DNA of 36,211 nt from Bigelowiella natans CCMP2755. Its lineage: Eukaryota; Protista; Cercozoa. Every line of letters begins with the position of its first letter. Position 1 is the first letter of the stretch. Shown here in pieces: positions 22,960 to 36,121 of this stretch. Below the pieces are notes generated by a model. That model saw nothing but the letters and a program-made list of their open reading frames with translations. It was not told the origin of the DNA and ran no database searches. The stretch is taken from contig ADNK01000535.1 in NCBI GenBank assembly GCA_000320545.1, forward strand, positions 1 to 36,211, written 5' to 3'. Made by a program: the position numbers and the translations under genes.

Positions 22960-25900
22960 TTGTCCTTTGTCGTTAATCTATGCCCTTGTGTTCGCTTCTG
23001 GTGGTGGGTGGCGACGCATTATGATATCAATTGTTACCCGTGTTTTCAGTTTCAAAATAGATTGAGCGGCCAAATGGGCACTTATCGGCCACCTACTGAT
23101 CCCGTACGAGTGATGAAAGGATTGCGAGCAGAAATACGAAGCTCCGGAGTTACAGGCTCTGTGCATCAGGTACTTCACACACACACACGCACGCACGCAC
23201 GCACGCACACACACAGATACATACACAATACATACATTGATATTTGTCTACATTAATGTGTCCCGTATGTTAATATCGTAGGCAGAGAAACAGAAGAGAG
23301 ATGAAGCATTCGAGCAATTCGAGGTAGGATTTCTCCTGCATAATCACAACAAGCCCCCTTCCTTCCCCAGTGGGAAAGAGCATTTGGATTGTATTCTCAA
23401 ACAATGATCCAGCTCTAGCTTACGGCCAACATTTTCCTTATTAGCATCATCATCACAATCATCCTCATCAATATTGTCACGCTCTCATCTTCATCATCTT
23501 CTTGCTGCCACCTAATTTTAACAATGGCAAATCTGTCCTGTATCGTTCTCATCTCTCCAGCATCCTCCTCATCACCACCATTGCGCCAAATCCACAGAAC
23601 GAAATGGGCGCCCTTGGCGTTGACCTGGAGAATGTGGCAGATGTGTGCACGGAGGATGAGAACTTGCCCAAGATCCCGGTCACTTACCCACCCACACCCC
23701 ATTTGCAAACGCTAATTAGAACACTGCGACGCATAACATCGAGAGCTTGTCCGATTCTCAAGGCAATGGATTATACTATGACGTTCTTGCGTGCAGGATG
23801 ATTTAAATGAAGAGGAGAAGGCCCTGCTCGACCCACGCATCGTCGCGAAGCAGCTGCGAGAGTCTGAGCGCCTCAAGAAAGAGTACGAGATGCTTGACGA
23901 TGATCTGGGCTTGGCTCCCCCCTCTGATGGTATATCAGATAGCAGATAGCTTAGGGGAAAATACGGGGGGGGGGGGTAGAGAGAGATTTTTGCTGGCTGC
24001 TGCCGTTACGTCTGCTGCTAGGCCTAAGGCAAATGACTTGCAATTATGGCCCCATTAACAAATAGAAATGGACGAAATGGAACTGCGGAAGGAGCACAAG
24101 GCAAAGGCGAATATTAAGGCGAGACCACAGCCGAAGGAGGTATTTATCATTCAGACATAACACCATCCTCCTATCATTATCATGTTTGTCGTTCATCATC
24201 CGCTGAAATAGTGCAATAAGGCAGCAACGATAAGTGGTCGTGAGGTGCTGCTGCTGCTAATGCTGCTAATGCTTTAACTTCTACTCAAAAACACACTTGA
24301 TGTAGTCTGTATACACCCAATGTGCTCATCATAAATCCTTGTCGGGTAATGTGCTTTTCGAATTCAATATTATCGATCATACCGAGCAATGTTGATCGTC
24401 CGCTACGTCACAGTACTGACTTGTGGCTAGCGCAATTAGCCTGAGTATCGAAATTGCTGCGTGCTGTCAAACCAAACACCGAACGCCCTCTTGCTATTCC
24501 AGAGAGAGGTCTACGCGGGGAGAGTGACGTCGCTGCGACCCTTCGGAGCTTTTGTTGACTTTGGCTGCTCAAGGTCCGTTTGGCCGGGGAAAGAGATTCA
24601 ATTTTGTACATGTATTTGTCAGTGTAGAGTGTCCGTGTAGAGTGAGTTGATTTCCCCCTCTTCCTCCCTCCCTCCCTCCCTCCCTTCCTCCATGTCCCCC
24701 TTAATTTATAACACAGGAATGGGCTGGTGCCTCTGCGCGAGATCTGCGACCCGACCCCAAGAAAGATTGAGGACATGCTATACCTGCACGATGAGGTCGC
24801 CGTGTTCGTGGAGAAGATCGACGACGAGGGGAAGGTCTTCCTGACCATGAAGGGCCTCAACCCCGGCCTCACGCCGACCAAGGACCGCGAGGTGATGATG
24901 ATGATGATGCTGGTGGCGGTGGTGATGGTGGTGGGGATTAGCAGTGGATGTTGCTTCAAGACCCATGTAGCGGCTGGTAGCACTCATAACATTCTACTCT
25001 CCATTTCCCCCTTTCCAGGCCCCCGCAGAGCCCGATGAGCCCGTGAAAGCTTATCAGCCCCCGGCCAAATCCAAGGAGACGGCGGGGGCTGGGCAGAATC
25101 ATAGACGGAAGAGATTCCAGGTGCATCGTGCATTGTAGAAAGGACGGTGATGGTCATTGGGGTGATGATGGCGATGGTGGTTGGACGGGTTAGGGGGGGG
25201 GGAGGAGGGTTACAGCAATATTAGCCTGATGATCTTGTCATCCATCCTCCTCCTCCTTCCTCCTCCTCCTCACACGTTTATATGTCCCCTGATGACACGC
25301 CGCAGTATGGAGGGATCCCGGACTGGGAAACAGTAACAGACCCGCTACAGCGTAAGGTGGGGTGGGGAGAAGGAAGATGAGCAGGGCGGGGGGTGGTGAT
25401 CAATCGACAAGACGACGTTGAAGCTGTGTGCTGCCCTGCTCGTTGTTGTTGTTGTAATTACTGTTGTTGTTCATAATGATGATGTTGTTGTTGTTATTTC
25501 ACTCGTACGAGTATCTGGCACCCGCGTCGTTACGTCGTGCAAACGTTATCTCGCTTTTCTATGCGCACTAATGAAGATCACGCTTGTTTCCTTTGTATAT
25601 TTGTAACCGACTGGGGCGTCGTCATGTAGTTGTATGAGTATGATCTGGAGGAGCGAGAGCAGCATAGACTCTGGCGGAAGCTGAATAAAGAGAACCGCGT
25701 GAGTGGCGACCTTAATCCTCGTTTATTCATTATCATGCTTTATCATCGTTATCGCATCATCATCATCATTATCATCATCATTATCCTTCTCAATATCATC
25801 GCTAATCGTACCTATATCCCCACCATAGCTGTTGATGAAGAAGGCACCGGATATGGCTGACAAAGGCGCAATGGCGTGGCACGCATTCCTTCACTCGGAA

Positions 25901-26418
25901 ACAGCTAGTAGGGTCAAGGTGCGTCGGGCCTTCCATAGCAGTAGATGATCGGTGTGTTGTTGTAGGAGTTGTTGTCGTTGTCATATTTACGTTTCATCCG
26001 AGTGAGAATAGTCGTTCTTGGAATGGTCGCAGGAAAGAGCAGAGGACATGGCTGCCGCAGGATTCAAGAACGCGGAACACAAGACCAAATGGGGAAAGAA
26101 GAAGAAACAGCAAGATGGCAGGGGCATCGGCGAGCTGCCGCCCAAGAGAAAGCGAGGCCCGAAGGCGATCGATACGACAGCGAGGGACTTGGGGCTCAGC
26201 AGGTCAGCCGCGAGGAACACTCATCATAGAATCTGGCGTTGTTATCTGACGTTGTTCTTTCTGTTGTAGACGTGTACTTTTCTTCATGGTTTGCATCCTG
26301 ATATTCTCTCGTTTGCTACTCCTTTTTCGCATTCCTCAGGGGAGTCCAAGTTGCAGCAGAAAGAGGCTGGCGTACGACGCCCAGATATGGTGGTGCGAGT
26401 GGAGAGGTGGACGTATAA
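22364..26418 (+). CDS. S1 RNA-binding domain protein with an N-terminal signal-peptide-like segment, many exons
   Basis: Exons at about 24503-24573 and 24717-24891 read REVYAGRVTSLRPFGAFVDFGCSRNGLVPLREICDPTPRKIEDMLYLHDEVAVFVEKIDDEGKVFLTMKGL, a PNPase/Tex-type S1 consensus. The N-terminus is MMLPMRRRSMVRAHILSLLLFGVTIRLAGWFFL. Proposed stop TAA at 26416-26418. Confidence 0.8.
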
Positions 26419-27281
26419 ATTCCGGCCGTGCGTGTACGCGCATAGTTATTTGTTGCCTTGCACATCGCTATCGTTGTGCCCTCATTGCTGCTTTCTTAAA
26501 AATCTGCAATTGCTTTCTCAATTTAGTCTAGATTTGTCCCATCTAGCCATGCATGTTGTTGTGCACTGTGCACAATGCATGTGTGACACAGGGCTGTGTG
26601 CACCGTGTCCATGGTAGCATGCCCTCCAAACTTGGCAAATAGCTTGCTTGCCACCATGTGTCCCATCAATTGTTCATTCGGATCGCAATTTGACGTGCAC
26701 TGTCCATTGTTCACATCTGTCTAGCTGGGCATGTCTGCTAGATGTTGTTTGCACATTCTTTCGTCGTCTGCATGGTCATTGCAAATCAAGACGGAAGCTA
26801 GCAAGAAGCGCTGCTAGTACGTCAAGCTACTGCGCTACTGCTAGTGCGCGGTCTAGCGGTTGGAATCGTGCTGCTGCCAGTTCAGGATCTAATAACGCAC
26901 AGCTAGACAGCGCTGCAGCATTCATGCACGCCTACTACATTGTCTAGATTGTGTGGACACAGCAGCAGTCTAAGCCATGGCAAATTGTACATGTTGCAAT
27001 GCACACGCAGAGCATTGTGCACGTGGCGTTGCGTTGCTGCGCCATGCATGCAGCATTGTTGCCCAATTAAATGTAGTTCAGTACGTAGATAGTAGAGCTC
27101 GGCGCAATGCTATCAGGTGATCCTGCCCTTTCTCCTCGCACACTTGCTTAGTGGTTGCTTCGTTCTGTGTCACGCACAGCTGTCGAAGCTCACTGTTGCA
27201 ATTTGACAGTAGCAAAATCAAGGCGGAGCAAATAAATCGCAGCGAGCGCCATCATACACTTCGCTATGTGTACATGTTTTA
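26419..27281. repeat. Convergent spacer 4, rich in CTAG/CATG/TGCA/GTGCAC
   Basis: About 10 CTAG by hand count, plus dense CATGCATG, GTGCAC and CCATGG. Confidence 0.8.
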
Positions 27282-28803
27282 TTATTCTTTGAAATCTATT
27301 GCCGATTCTATCGCTCGTTTGCAAGTAGCGACTAGCCTCTGAGCCTCCTCGTCCGCATCTGGAGGCAGTGTAGGTATCATGGGCTGCATTAGAGCAAAAC
27401 ATCAATTCTAAGGCAAACACCAGAAGCTCTATGGTGATGATAGTAATTGCTACCGCATATCCGACGTACGGGCCTATTATCTCGAAGAACAGGGGGGCTC
27501 CGCTGACGAAAGTACAAGCCGTGAATGACACTGTATGTGTGTGTGTGTGTGTGTGTGGGTGTGTGTGTGTGAGTAATATAATCATTTCTTCTCATCTTCT
27601 TCCTCTTCAACAGCAGAAGCAACGAGCCATTTCTTAATACAAGCACCTTGGAGAGAAGTATGGTTGAAGGTATTCTACGCCCTGAACGACGCCCCCCACC
27701 CCCAACACCAACGAGGCAAGACAAAATGAGACGAATTAAGACAGCAGCAGCAGTAACACGGAGTCTCGAAGAAGCATGTATCTACTACATCTGCCGCCAT
27801 CTAACGCCACTAAGGAAGAGACGAAACTACAATCGCCGTCTTGTGAAGCTCAACGCTAGCAGTACACTCGATTAAAGGCGATGCTCCCTTTGTTGTTCGT
27901 ATGCATGCGCATGATACACACACAAACACACACAATTCCACACGCACACAAAGTTCCACGCGTATGAATGATAATAATAATAATAATATATATATATTAT
28001 ATATGCATACGCAATGGCACCTCTGGAAAATCTTCGCACGCAGCAGCAACAGACGGTACGCATCCCTGATGGCATTGGGAGATAAGTCCGAGCTGTACAG
28101 CGCACTCAGCACATTCTCTACTTCTTCATCTTCTTCTTCTTTTCAATGTGTTGTTCGTTACTAGCAGTACAGCGTTCACCCCCACCTGGCTGACGTCGAG
28201 ATAGGCAACCCTCATGAACGCGTCGTAAATCGGAGCCACGATCATGGGGACAGATCTGCCGAGGAGGTAACAAAAATCGTCAGCAAGTACATCCCCGCCA
28301 TAACGAGGGAGGGGGCTGATATTCATTCGCAAACACGGACAGCAGTAACATGCTCAACTCCTATTGTTACAACGACCAACATCGATCAAAATGATAGCAA
28401 AGCGACGGAGGAAAGCTGCCTGCTCTAAGCAGACGAAATGAAGGACCGAAGAGCGTGCAGCAGAAGGTCACGACAATGTGTTCAGTTTACACATCAAACC
28501 GCGGAGTCATGACGTTGATGTTACCTCCATATGTCGCTCCTCACTGCTCCTAGATATGCACAGAAGACCGTCGATGAAACGATTCAACGGTAAGTTTCAG
28601 AGCGGTGGAACGCCCAACATTATTGCAAAGAGGTGATCACTCGTGATTGTGGGGAGGGGGGGACTGAAAATTGTAAAAATATTCTCTACCGGGATTGACA
28701 GAGAACGCTCGGATGCCGTGGCCTGTATCAGGATGGCATGCAAAAACGACGTGATATTGTGTTTTTTGCTGTAGTGAAGTTGTGCTATGGTACATATATG
28801 ATC

Positions 28804-28843
<40 letters not shown>

Positions 28844-29416
28844 TATGCACGTGTGATTAATATGATAGGTACATCGTGTTGATGTGTTTTTCAACGTTGT
28901 TGGCGCTATAAGTAGGGGGAAGGAGGGCATGCAGGCACTACCGCAGTCACAAAGCCGCTCAAATTCACATGCTTTAAATAATCCGGAAAGGACGTTCTCC
29001 CCCCTCCCCCCCCATCTCTTTTTATTAATGAAAAGCGTGTGTTGCATGTGTGATTTGGCCTGTGCGATTGACAACCTTTCTCCACCAGCATAGATCTGAA
29101 AACAACGAAAAGACCACAGAGTATCATCATAATCACCACCACGTGCCGTCATCATTGCCATTGCCATTATCCTCACCATCCTCACCATCATCATCGTCAT
29201 CATCATTCTCATCGTTACTATTGTAAAGTCCCCACTGCCGCGCCACCTGTTAAGAGCTCTGGTGAAGAAGCACATAGCAAGCTTCGACGGGGAGTAGGCC
29301 TGGCCGCTACAGCAGATGGATATTTAAAGGATAAGGCGGAAGGGGGGGGGGAGAGGAAGAGGTGAGGAGGAGAGATCACACACGCACACAGATACACACG
29401 TATTATATACAGATTC

Positions 29417-29455
<39 letters not shown>

Positions 29456-29784
29456 GTGTGTGTATGCTTGTGGTAGTATACAATGAGTTCTTCTTGGCGT
29501 CCAGGCATATTTCCCAGTCTGAATGGCCGAAATGATGCATAACCTGCGTATGCAAAGATAATGGTAGAGAATCAACGGTAGTAGTAGCAGCAGTAGTAGT
29601 AGTAGTAGTGGTAAAGGGGGAGGGGGGTTGAGAGGGACTGGCGCTGCTACTACATCTACAGCTAGTACCGATGAGAGGTTGATGATTCTTCCCTCCCTCT
29701 CCCTTTGGTTCATTCCTCGTTCATGTCTGCCAGAGTAAGTAGTGAAAGAGAGAATAGCACACAACACACACACACACACACCCC

Positions 29785-29831
<47 letters not shown>

Positions 29832-30242
29832 GGAAATGAATGAATAGCGAGAACGTGGAGGAGGGGAGGAGGGATGGCGAAGCAGAGAATGCACGCTGTT
29901 GTAGATCTCCATACTGCGAGGGAGACGTATATTCTGAAGGATTCTAAGCTTTCTGATGAAAAAACTTGTCGTTTAAAAAATATGGCGTTGGCAGAACGAC
30001 GACTTATTCCCTCTCCCGGCGCTATATCTCTCCTCTTCCTCATTTCCCAGGTGGTCTCGCTTTTTTGATGCATGCATGCATGCATGTAGGAGGGTGTGTG
30101 TGGGGGGGGGAGGTAGGTACTGATGGCGGGCTCTCATTAGAGGCAACAAGTTCTGAGTCAGACGGAAGTGCCCGAGAAAGTTTACAGCGAAGAGCTTGTC
30201 GAATCCGTCCGCACTCGTCCCTCTGCCGTAAGGAGGAGAATT

Positions 30243-30278
<36 letters not shown>

Positions 30279-30944
30279 GTGTCCTTAGCGATTCAGCAGC
30301 ATAAGCCCAAACACCACTCTTTACGCACACCAATTCCCTTCCCCTTTTCCCCACCCTCTACACACTTCAACAGATATGCTGCAAGGAGGCGTCGTGGTGG
30401 TGGTGGTTGTGTGGTGGTCGCTACGATGTATTCAGCCCCGCGTTGTTGACTAAGATATCCAGGCGGCCAAATCGCCTGAGAAACGCTTCGGAGAATTCCT
30501 CAACGCTCCCTATCAATCAACACAGTAAACAAGACAAAATACAAGGCAGCGTTCATACCCTCCTCGCCATCCATCACGAATCAGAACAAGGTCGCAATTG
30601 TCCCAGGGGGGGGGGCATGCAGGTGCAAACGCCCGCTTATCATCGATCATGGTAGATTGGGTTGTTCAGCAGGTCGTACGAAGACTGTTGAGATCGAGGT
30701 GCATGTGCACAAAGTTTCCGTAGCTTTGACCCTCCTTCTTTAAGCCATCTGCGCCCTCATTCTTCGTGTCGGTGGTAGCTGTCTGATCGCGCCCACCTCC
30801 ACGGGTCCGAACGTGGAGCTTCAGCTGAGCGGTCAAATCCTTCTCAGCGGCCTCCCCCCTCTCCTGGATTTTCAGTGTTTACGGTTGTAGCAATATCATT
30901 ATCGCTGCATGATCGCGGACATGCATTGCAGCTGAGGGGCTGTG

Positions 30945-30976
<32 letters not shown>

Positions 30977-31060
30977 TGTGTGTGATCTTATTTTGTTCTA
31001 AAGTGAAGCTAGTGATGGGCATAATACTACTACTGCTGCTGCTGCTACTGCTGCTACTAT

Positions 31061-31101
<41 letters not shown>

Positions 31102-31856
31102 ACAGGGTCACGGCAAGCCAAGACCTACGTGCAGAACAGATACACATGTGTGTGTTACGATGAGGAGGAAAAGGGGGGAGGGTAATATGGAAAGGAGCGA
31201 GACACGACAAGGTTTTTGGTGATTCTATCTATCCTACTGTAATCAATACCAACAAGACTCATCCGTTCCAGTACTTCTATCTAATCGATCGAATCTTACC
31301 ACTGTACATCCCCTCTTTCCGAGCTCAAGGGCCGTTTCTTTACCAACGCCAGTGTTGCTTCCCGTCACAATCGCGACATGGCCCCTTAGGACCTGCAAAA
31401 GTGTAGCATTATTCGTGGTTCACAATTCACTTAGGCGCTCGCCCTCACCCACCCATCCACAACACATCCGCTTCACACACAGGCACACACCACCACACAC
31501 GCGTTCATTCCGTTCCATACCCTCGCCTCGCTTGGTTTCTTCGCTGGCTCAAGCACCCTCAGCAACCTCAGCAACGCAAAAATAGGTACAGAGAGGACAA
31601 ACCACACAAAGGCCAAAGGAAAGAGAAGTCCAGCACTCCATCGGGGGAAATAGTCCCGATAATGGCGGTCCTTTGACCCCCGGTCAGAGGGCGCCATCCG
31701 GTCTTGAAGCCTCGAGTTGTTTGCCAGCTCATTTTCAATTAGAATTCCATGCGATTTACCCACACGCGACAAGCAAAGTCTGTTGAAACTGTTGACAGGC
31801 TTGACAACCGACTCTGAGTCGGAGCTAACATCGTGATTTCTCCTTAAAACATCCAT
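27282..31856 (-). CDS. Short-chain dehydrogenase/reductase, retinol dehydrogenase (RDH11-14/WWOX)-like, with an N-terminal hydrophobic anchor, many exons
   Basis: Spliced motifs VAIVTGSNTGVGKETALEL, VLACRD, HLDLNSL, RLDILVNNAG, DGFDKLFAVNFLGHFRLT, GRIINLSSV, catalytic YSPSK, SVNPGAVRSDIWR and DEEAQRL. Stop TAA at 27282-27284. Confidence 0.9.
31026..31099. repeat. (CTA/CTG)n tract starting at an SDR 5' splice site (minus strand GTAAGTAGTAGT...)
   Basis: Directly visible next to the exon encoding VLACRDP. Confidence 0.9.
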
Positions 31857-32405
31857 CCCAACAGCTATTAGAGCGCTCTCAAGCCAAAAATAACGGTGCT
31901 AGAAATAATGAAGGGACTAGATCAGGATGATCTTCGGTGGATTTACTGGAATTCGAATGCCTAAAAAGTCAATCAAAATGTTGAGAGAGAGAGCATAAAC
32001 GCGGACAAACTGCTCAAACTGCTTCTTGCTCTTGCTTTTCGGAACAAAAAAGAAGGGTAATTTCTGTGTGCTACACCTCCGATTTCCTGTCGTCGCACAA
32101 AATGGCCACAGTTCGTACTTCCTTTTTAGGATTGTTCATCGGCTTGGTACATTGTATATCAAGTTCTCAAGAAAGGGATCGCTCTGCACCAAATTTTCAC
32201 GATAAATGCCCTATAGTTTCTTTCTGCGACTTCGATTTTGTTCAAGAAAAGGGTTGAAAATTGTCTCGCGCGCACGTTCGGAAGACGAACTACCAGCATT
32301 TCACCCCCCCAGCTCCTAGATCTCATACGCACATTTTGTGAGTCCCCGGACGGGAACGAATCATCGCGTGCCTGCTTTTTGCATTGTAGATCACTGGAAG
32401 TAATC
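31857..32405. promoter_or_regulatory. Head-to-head spacer, putative bidirectional promoter (SDR / OSCA)
   Basis: About 550 nt between divergent ATGs, with A/T tracts and only 3 scattered CTAG. Inferred from position. Confidence 0.5.
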
Positions 32406-32753
32406 ATGTCCGGAGCTGCATTAGTATCCGTTGCAATCCCTGCTGCTGCTGTTTCGACAGCCTATTTTCTCATTTTCGAGGGTCTCCGCGGATCTTTCAC
32501 GCAGTTTTTCGCGCCGAGGTTCCCTGGTTCTAAGGAAGGAAAATACCCATACCCGGTTCGATCAAATAGCCTCTTAAAGATTCTTTATTCCGTGTGCGTT
32601 TTCTTTCATCTGGAGTGGAGTAAGATTTCTTTGAACTTGTTAGTCGCTGTTCGGGTGGGTTCGCGGAATTCTGCAAGTGCCAGAACAGGAAATCGTTGAT
32701 CGAAGTGGCATGGATGCTGCGGTATGACTTCACTTTCTCTCTCGCCCTCTATC

Positions 32754-32809
<56 letters not shown>

Positions 32810-33053
32810 GAATTCATTTCCTTACATCCATACGCCGCTTCATTCTCTCAATGTTTGGACTTTTTTTTTCCTTTTTTTCGCCATACCTGCGCCTGTGATT
32901 TTTTTAAAAAAATCACAAGGTTTACCTTCGCTTCTTATGGCTCGGTACAGTGGTGATGGCAATTCTCACCGTCCTTGGGATGTTGCTCCTCATGCCTGTT
33001 TACGCCACCGGTGAAAATGATATGTCGGATCTGCCGCGGCTCGGTGATCGATG

Positions 33054-33092
<39 letters not shown>

Positions 33093-33987
33093 CGTGTGTG
33101 TGTGTGTGTGTGATGGATATTAACAGTTCAGATCCATCTACAACTATTGTATGGGACACATGAATGCCCGCCCCTCCCACCACCCACCCACACACACGCA
33201 CAAACACAAACATAAATCAAACATGCTAGGGCTCTCAAACGTAGAGCAGGAGAGCTCACGCCTGTGGGCACCAGCGATAATGATCTGGGTCTTTTCTGGG
33301 ATTATCCTCTACGTCATTAAGAAGAACTACACTGAACTACTCGCCATGCGCAAGGAGACGATGAAGAAGGGAGAGCCGAATCACTACACGGTACAAACAA
33401 CAGACTCCGGTGGGAGGAGAAGTTTTGCTTCTGAAACAATGACCGATGATTTCCAATGGGATATCGCAATTTGGGATCTATGCATGTCCTTTGTGTCGCT
33501 TCGGCTGATATGAAGGAACGTTTCCTTGCTATGGAGTGCCGCATAGGAGATATGAGCGTGTTGGGGACGACGCTGCAGCGACAAAAGCTGTTTTGTTTTC
33601 AATATGGTTGATTCGGTGTATTTTGCAGGTTCTCATTACAAAGATTCCTGAGGAGTAAGCAAAGCCAGACAGAAAGCAGATTATCACCTTTCATGCTATC
33701 TCATTCAATCTATGAGCGCTGCTGCATATCCCCCCCCCCCCCCCTCACTAGCGAAGCTCGCTCCATCTATCTAAACTCACCACTCCTTTCTGTTTTGCGA
33801 GAACGCGGCTGATAGTGCGGAAGGGGGGGTTGGTAACGACGTGATGACGACATTGCCTGCTGCTCTAGATTCGACTCTGAGGAGAAAGTACGCGAGTTTA
33901 TGGAGCCAATGTATTCAGAACAGATCGCACACGTCAAGGTAGTTGTTGTAGCCGTTTGCTTTGTTGTTGTTGTTGTTGTAGTATCGT

Positions 33988-34051
<64 letters not shown>

Positions 34052-34211
34052 GCACACACGCACACACACACACTTGCATCATCAATCATCAACTATAGCC
34101 ATCAATCACAACTATACCAACAACATCAACAAAGGCGAATCTGTCGAGGCAGTACCCCACTACACACAGAAAGTTAAAGAGATCAGAGAGGAAATCGAGG
34201 TCTCCTTCTAT

Positions 34212-34246
<35 letters not shown>

Positions 34247-35609
34247 TTATACACTTTCTTTTTACCCTTTCTCCTCCTGCTCCTCCTCCCCCTCCACCGT
34301 TTCCTAACTGCTACTTGTCATTCAAATCTTCATGCTCAAACAACCATCCAGCTGCTTACTCACTCACTCACTCACTTACTTACTTACTTACTTTCACCTG
34401 CTGCATCATGTAGACCAAGCTTCGCGTCGAGGACGCAGAGTATTGCAAAGCTGCATTCGTGACCTTCAAGACTGTTTCCTCTGCGGTTTGTAGTATTAGC
34501 AGTCAGCTGTGCAGTGCAGTAGCGTTTCGCCTGTCTTGTTCTCGTCCACATACTGACACAACATCGCTATCTATCATTGGTGTTATCGGTGGTGATGGAT
34601 GGATGATAACACTCTCCTCTTCCTCCTCCCCCCCCCTCCTCACGTGGTTGTTCGCCTGCTTCCGCAGGTAAAGGCAATCGTGGGAGGTCATAGTAGTGGT
34701 CGTAGTAGTTATCGCTGCTGGTGGTGGTGGTTGGGGGGTGGGGAAGGGGGAAATCGGGTACTCTTACCTCAGCAGTCAAATGAGTATTTTTTTCCTTCTT
34801 CTTCTTCTTCTCCCTCTCCTTTGCTTACAAGATCCGCGCTGCGACACGACCGACAGACATTACCTGGCCGAACCTCTGCAGTGTAAAAATGAAGTACGTT
34901 GGAGAAGAGAGGGGATGGGGGTGGGGGCAATGAATATCAAAATGACATCGTGCCGTCGCTGATAACTGCTCCTTCCTATTTGCCGATATATACATTTGCG
35001 TGGATGTTTGTGGCGTTTTTCTTCAACCGTGTGACGCGTGTATACTGCGCCAACCAGGGCGGTGGAGGATACCGCTGTGATGACCTCGAATGCTGCAAAG
35101 TGGGGTCTGATCGTGTTCTGGGCCATTCCGATCGCCGCCGGCGGAGCGCTCTCAAACCTCGAGCAGCTGGGTTGCGCCGTGCGCTGTGCTAGTCTCCGCT
35201 ATGAGAAAACAATAGAGAGGAGGATGAAGATTATAGTGATGATAGTAGTGATAGTAAGCTGAGTGCGACAGCATCTCTTTGTGAAAAATAGGCGTGTTTT
35301 TTGGTCGTTTATGAGAAGGTGGCTTTTTTATCTCCCCCTCTACTGCTCTATCACTGTTTCTCTTTCTTATTTTAGTTTCGGGTGTGTGTGTGTGTGGGTG
35401 GGGGGTGGGGGGGGGTAGTGTGCGATATGACGGGGCACATATGGGTGAGAATGATGGATAGGTGGATGCAAGCAGTTGTTCTGCTTCAGGGACAGATTAC
35501 AATGACCCTTCTCTCTTCCTTCTCTCCCTCTGTGCATGTAGCGCTAATATCTCCTTTCTTCCTAGGTCAAGACTACTCCTTTCTCGAGGGAGTCACCAGC
35601 TTGCCTCCG

Positions 35610-35640
<31 letters not shown>

Positions 35641-36088
35641 AGGTAGTAGTGGCTATTTCGTGTGTGTGTGCACATAAATGTGTGCATAACGAGAGCGTCG
35701 CAGATAAACAGTGATGATGATGGTGATGATGATGATGAAGATAAGGATGAGGAAGGGCGAAGGGTGGATGATATGTTTGTTGTGATTACTACATAATAGC
35801 GCCTTGATTGCGATCATCGAGGGGTTCGGCCCGACGATATGGCGTGTTGTCCTTATGATCCTGCTACAGCCTATCATCTACGCGCTCATCAATATGACAG
35901 GGGTAGTAGTAGTAGTAGTAGTAGTAGTTGCAGTGGTCTATTGACGACGACGATGACGACGACGAAGATGATGATGATGGTGGTGCTGATTATATGTAAT
36001 ACTCTATGCGAATAAAGTGTATTGAATCTCTTGCTCCTAACCGATGTGATAGTCGTCCTTTTTCGACTCGATTCCTTGCTTGCTGTGC

Positions 36089-36121
<33 letters not shown>

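Noticed and set aside
30690-30800. Apparent frameshift in the SDR between ERGEAAEKDL and HLDLNSL
   Set aside because: It can be resolved by a short GT-AG intron; at least two phase-compatible choices exist.
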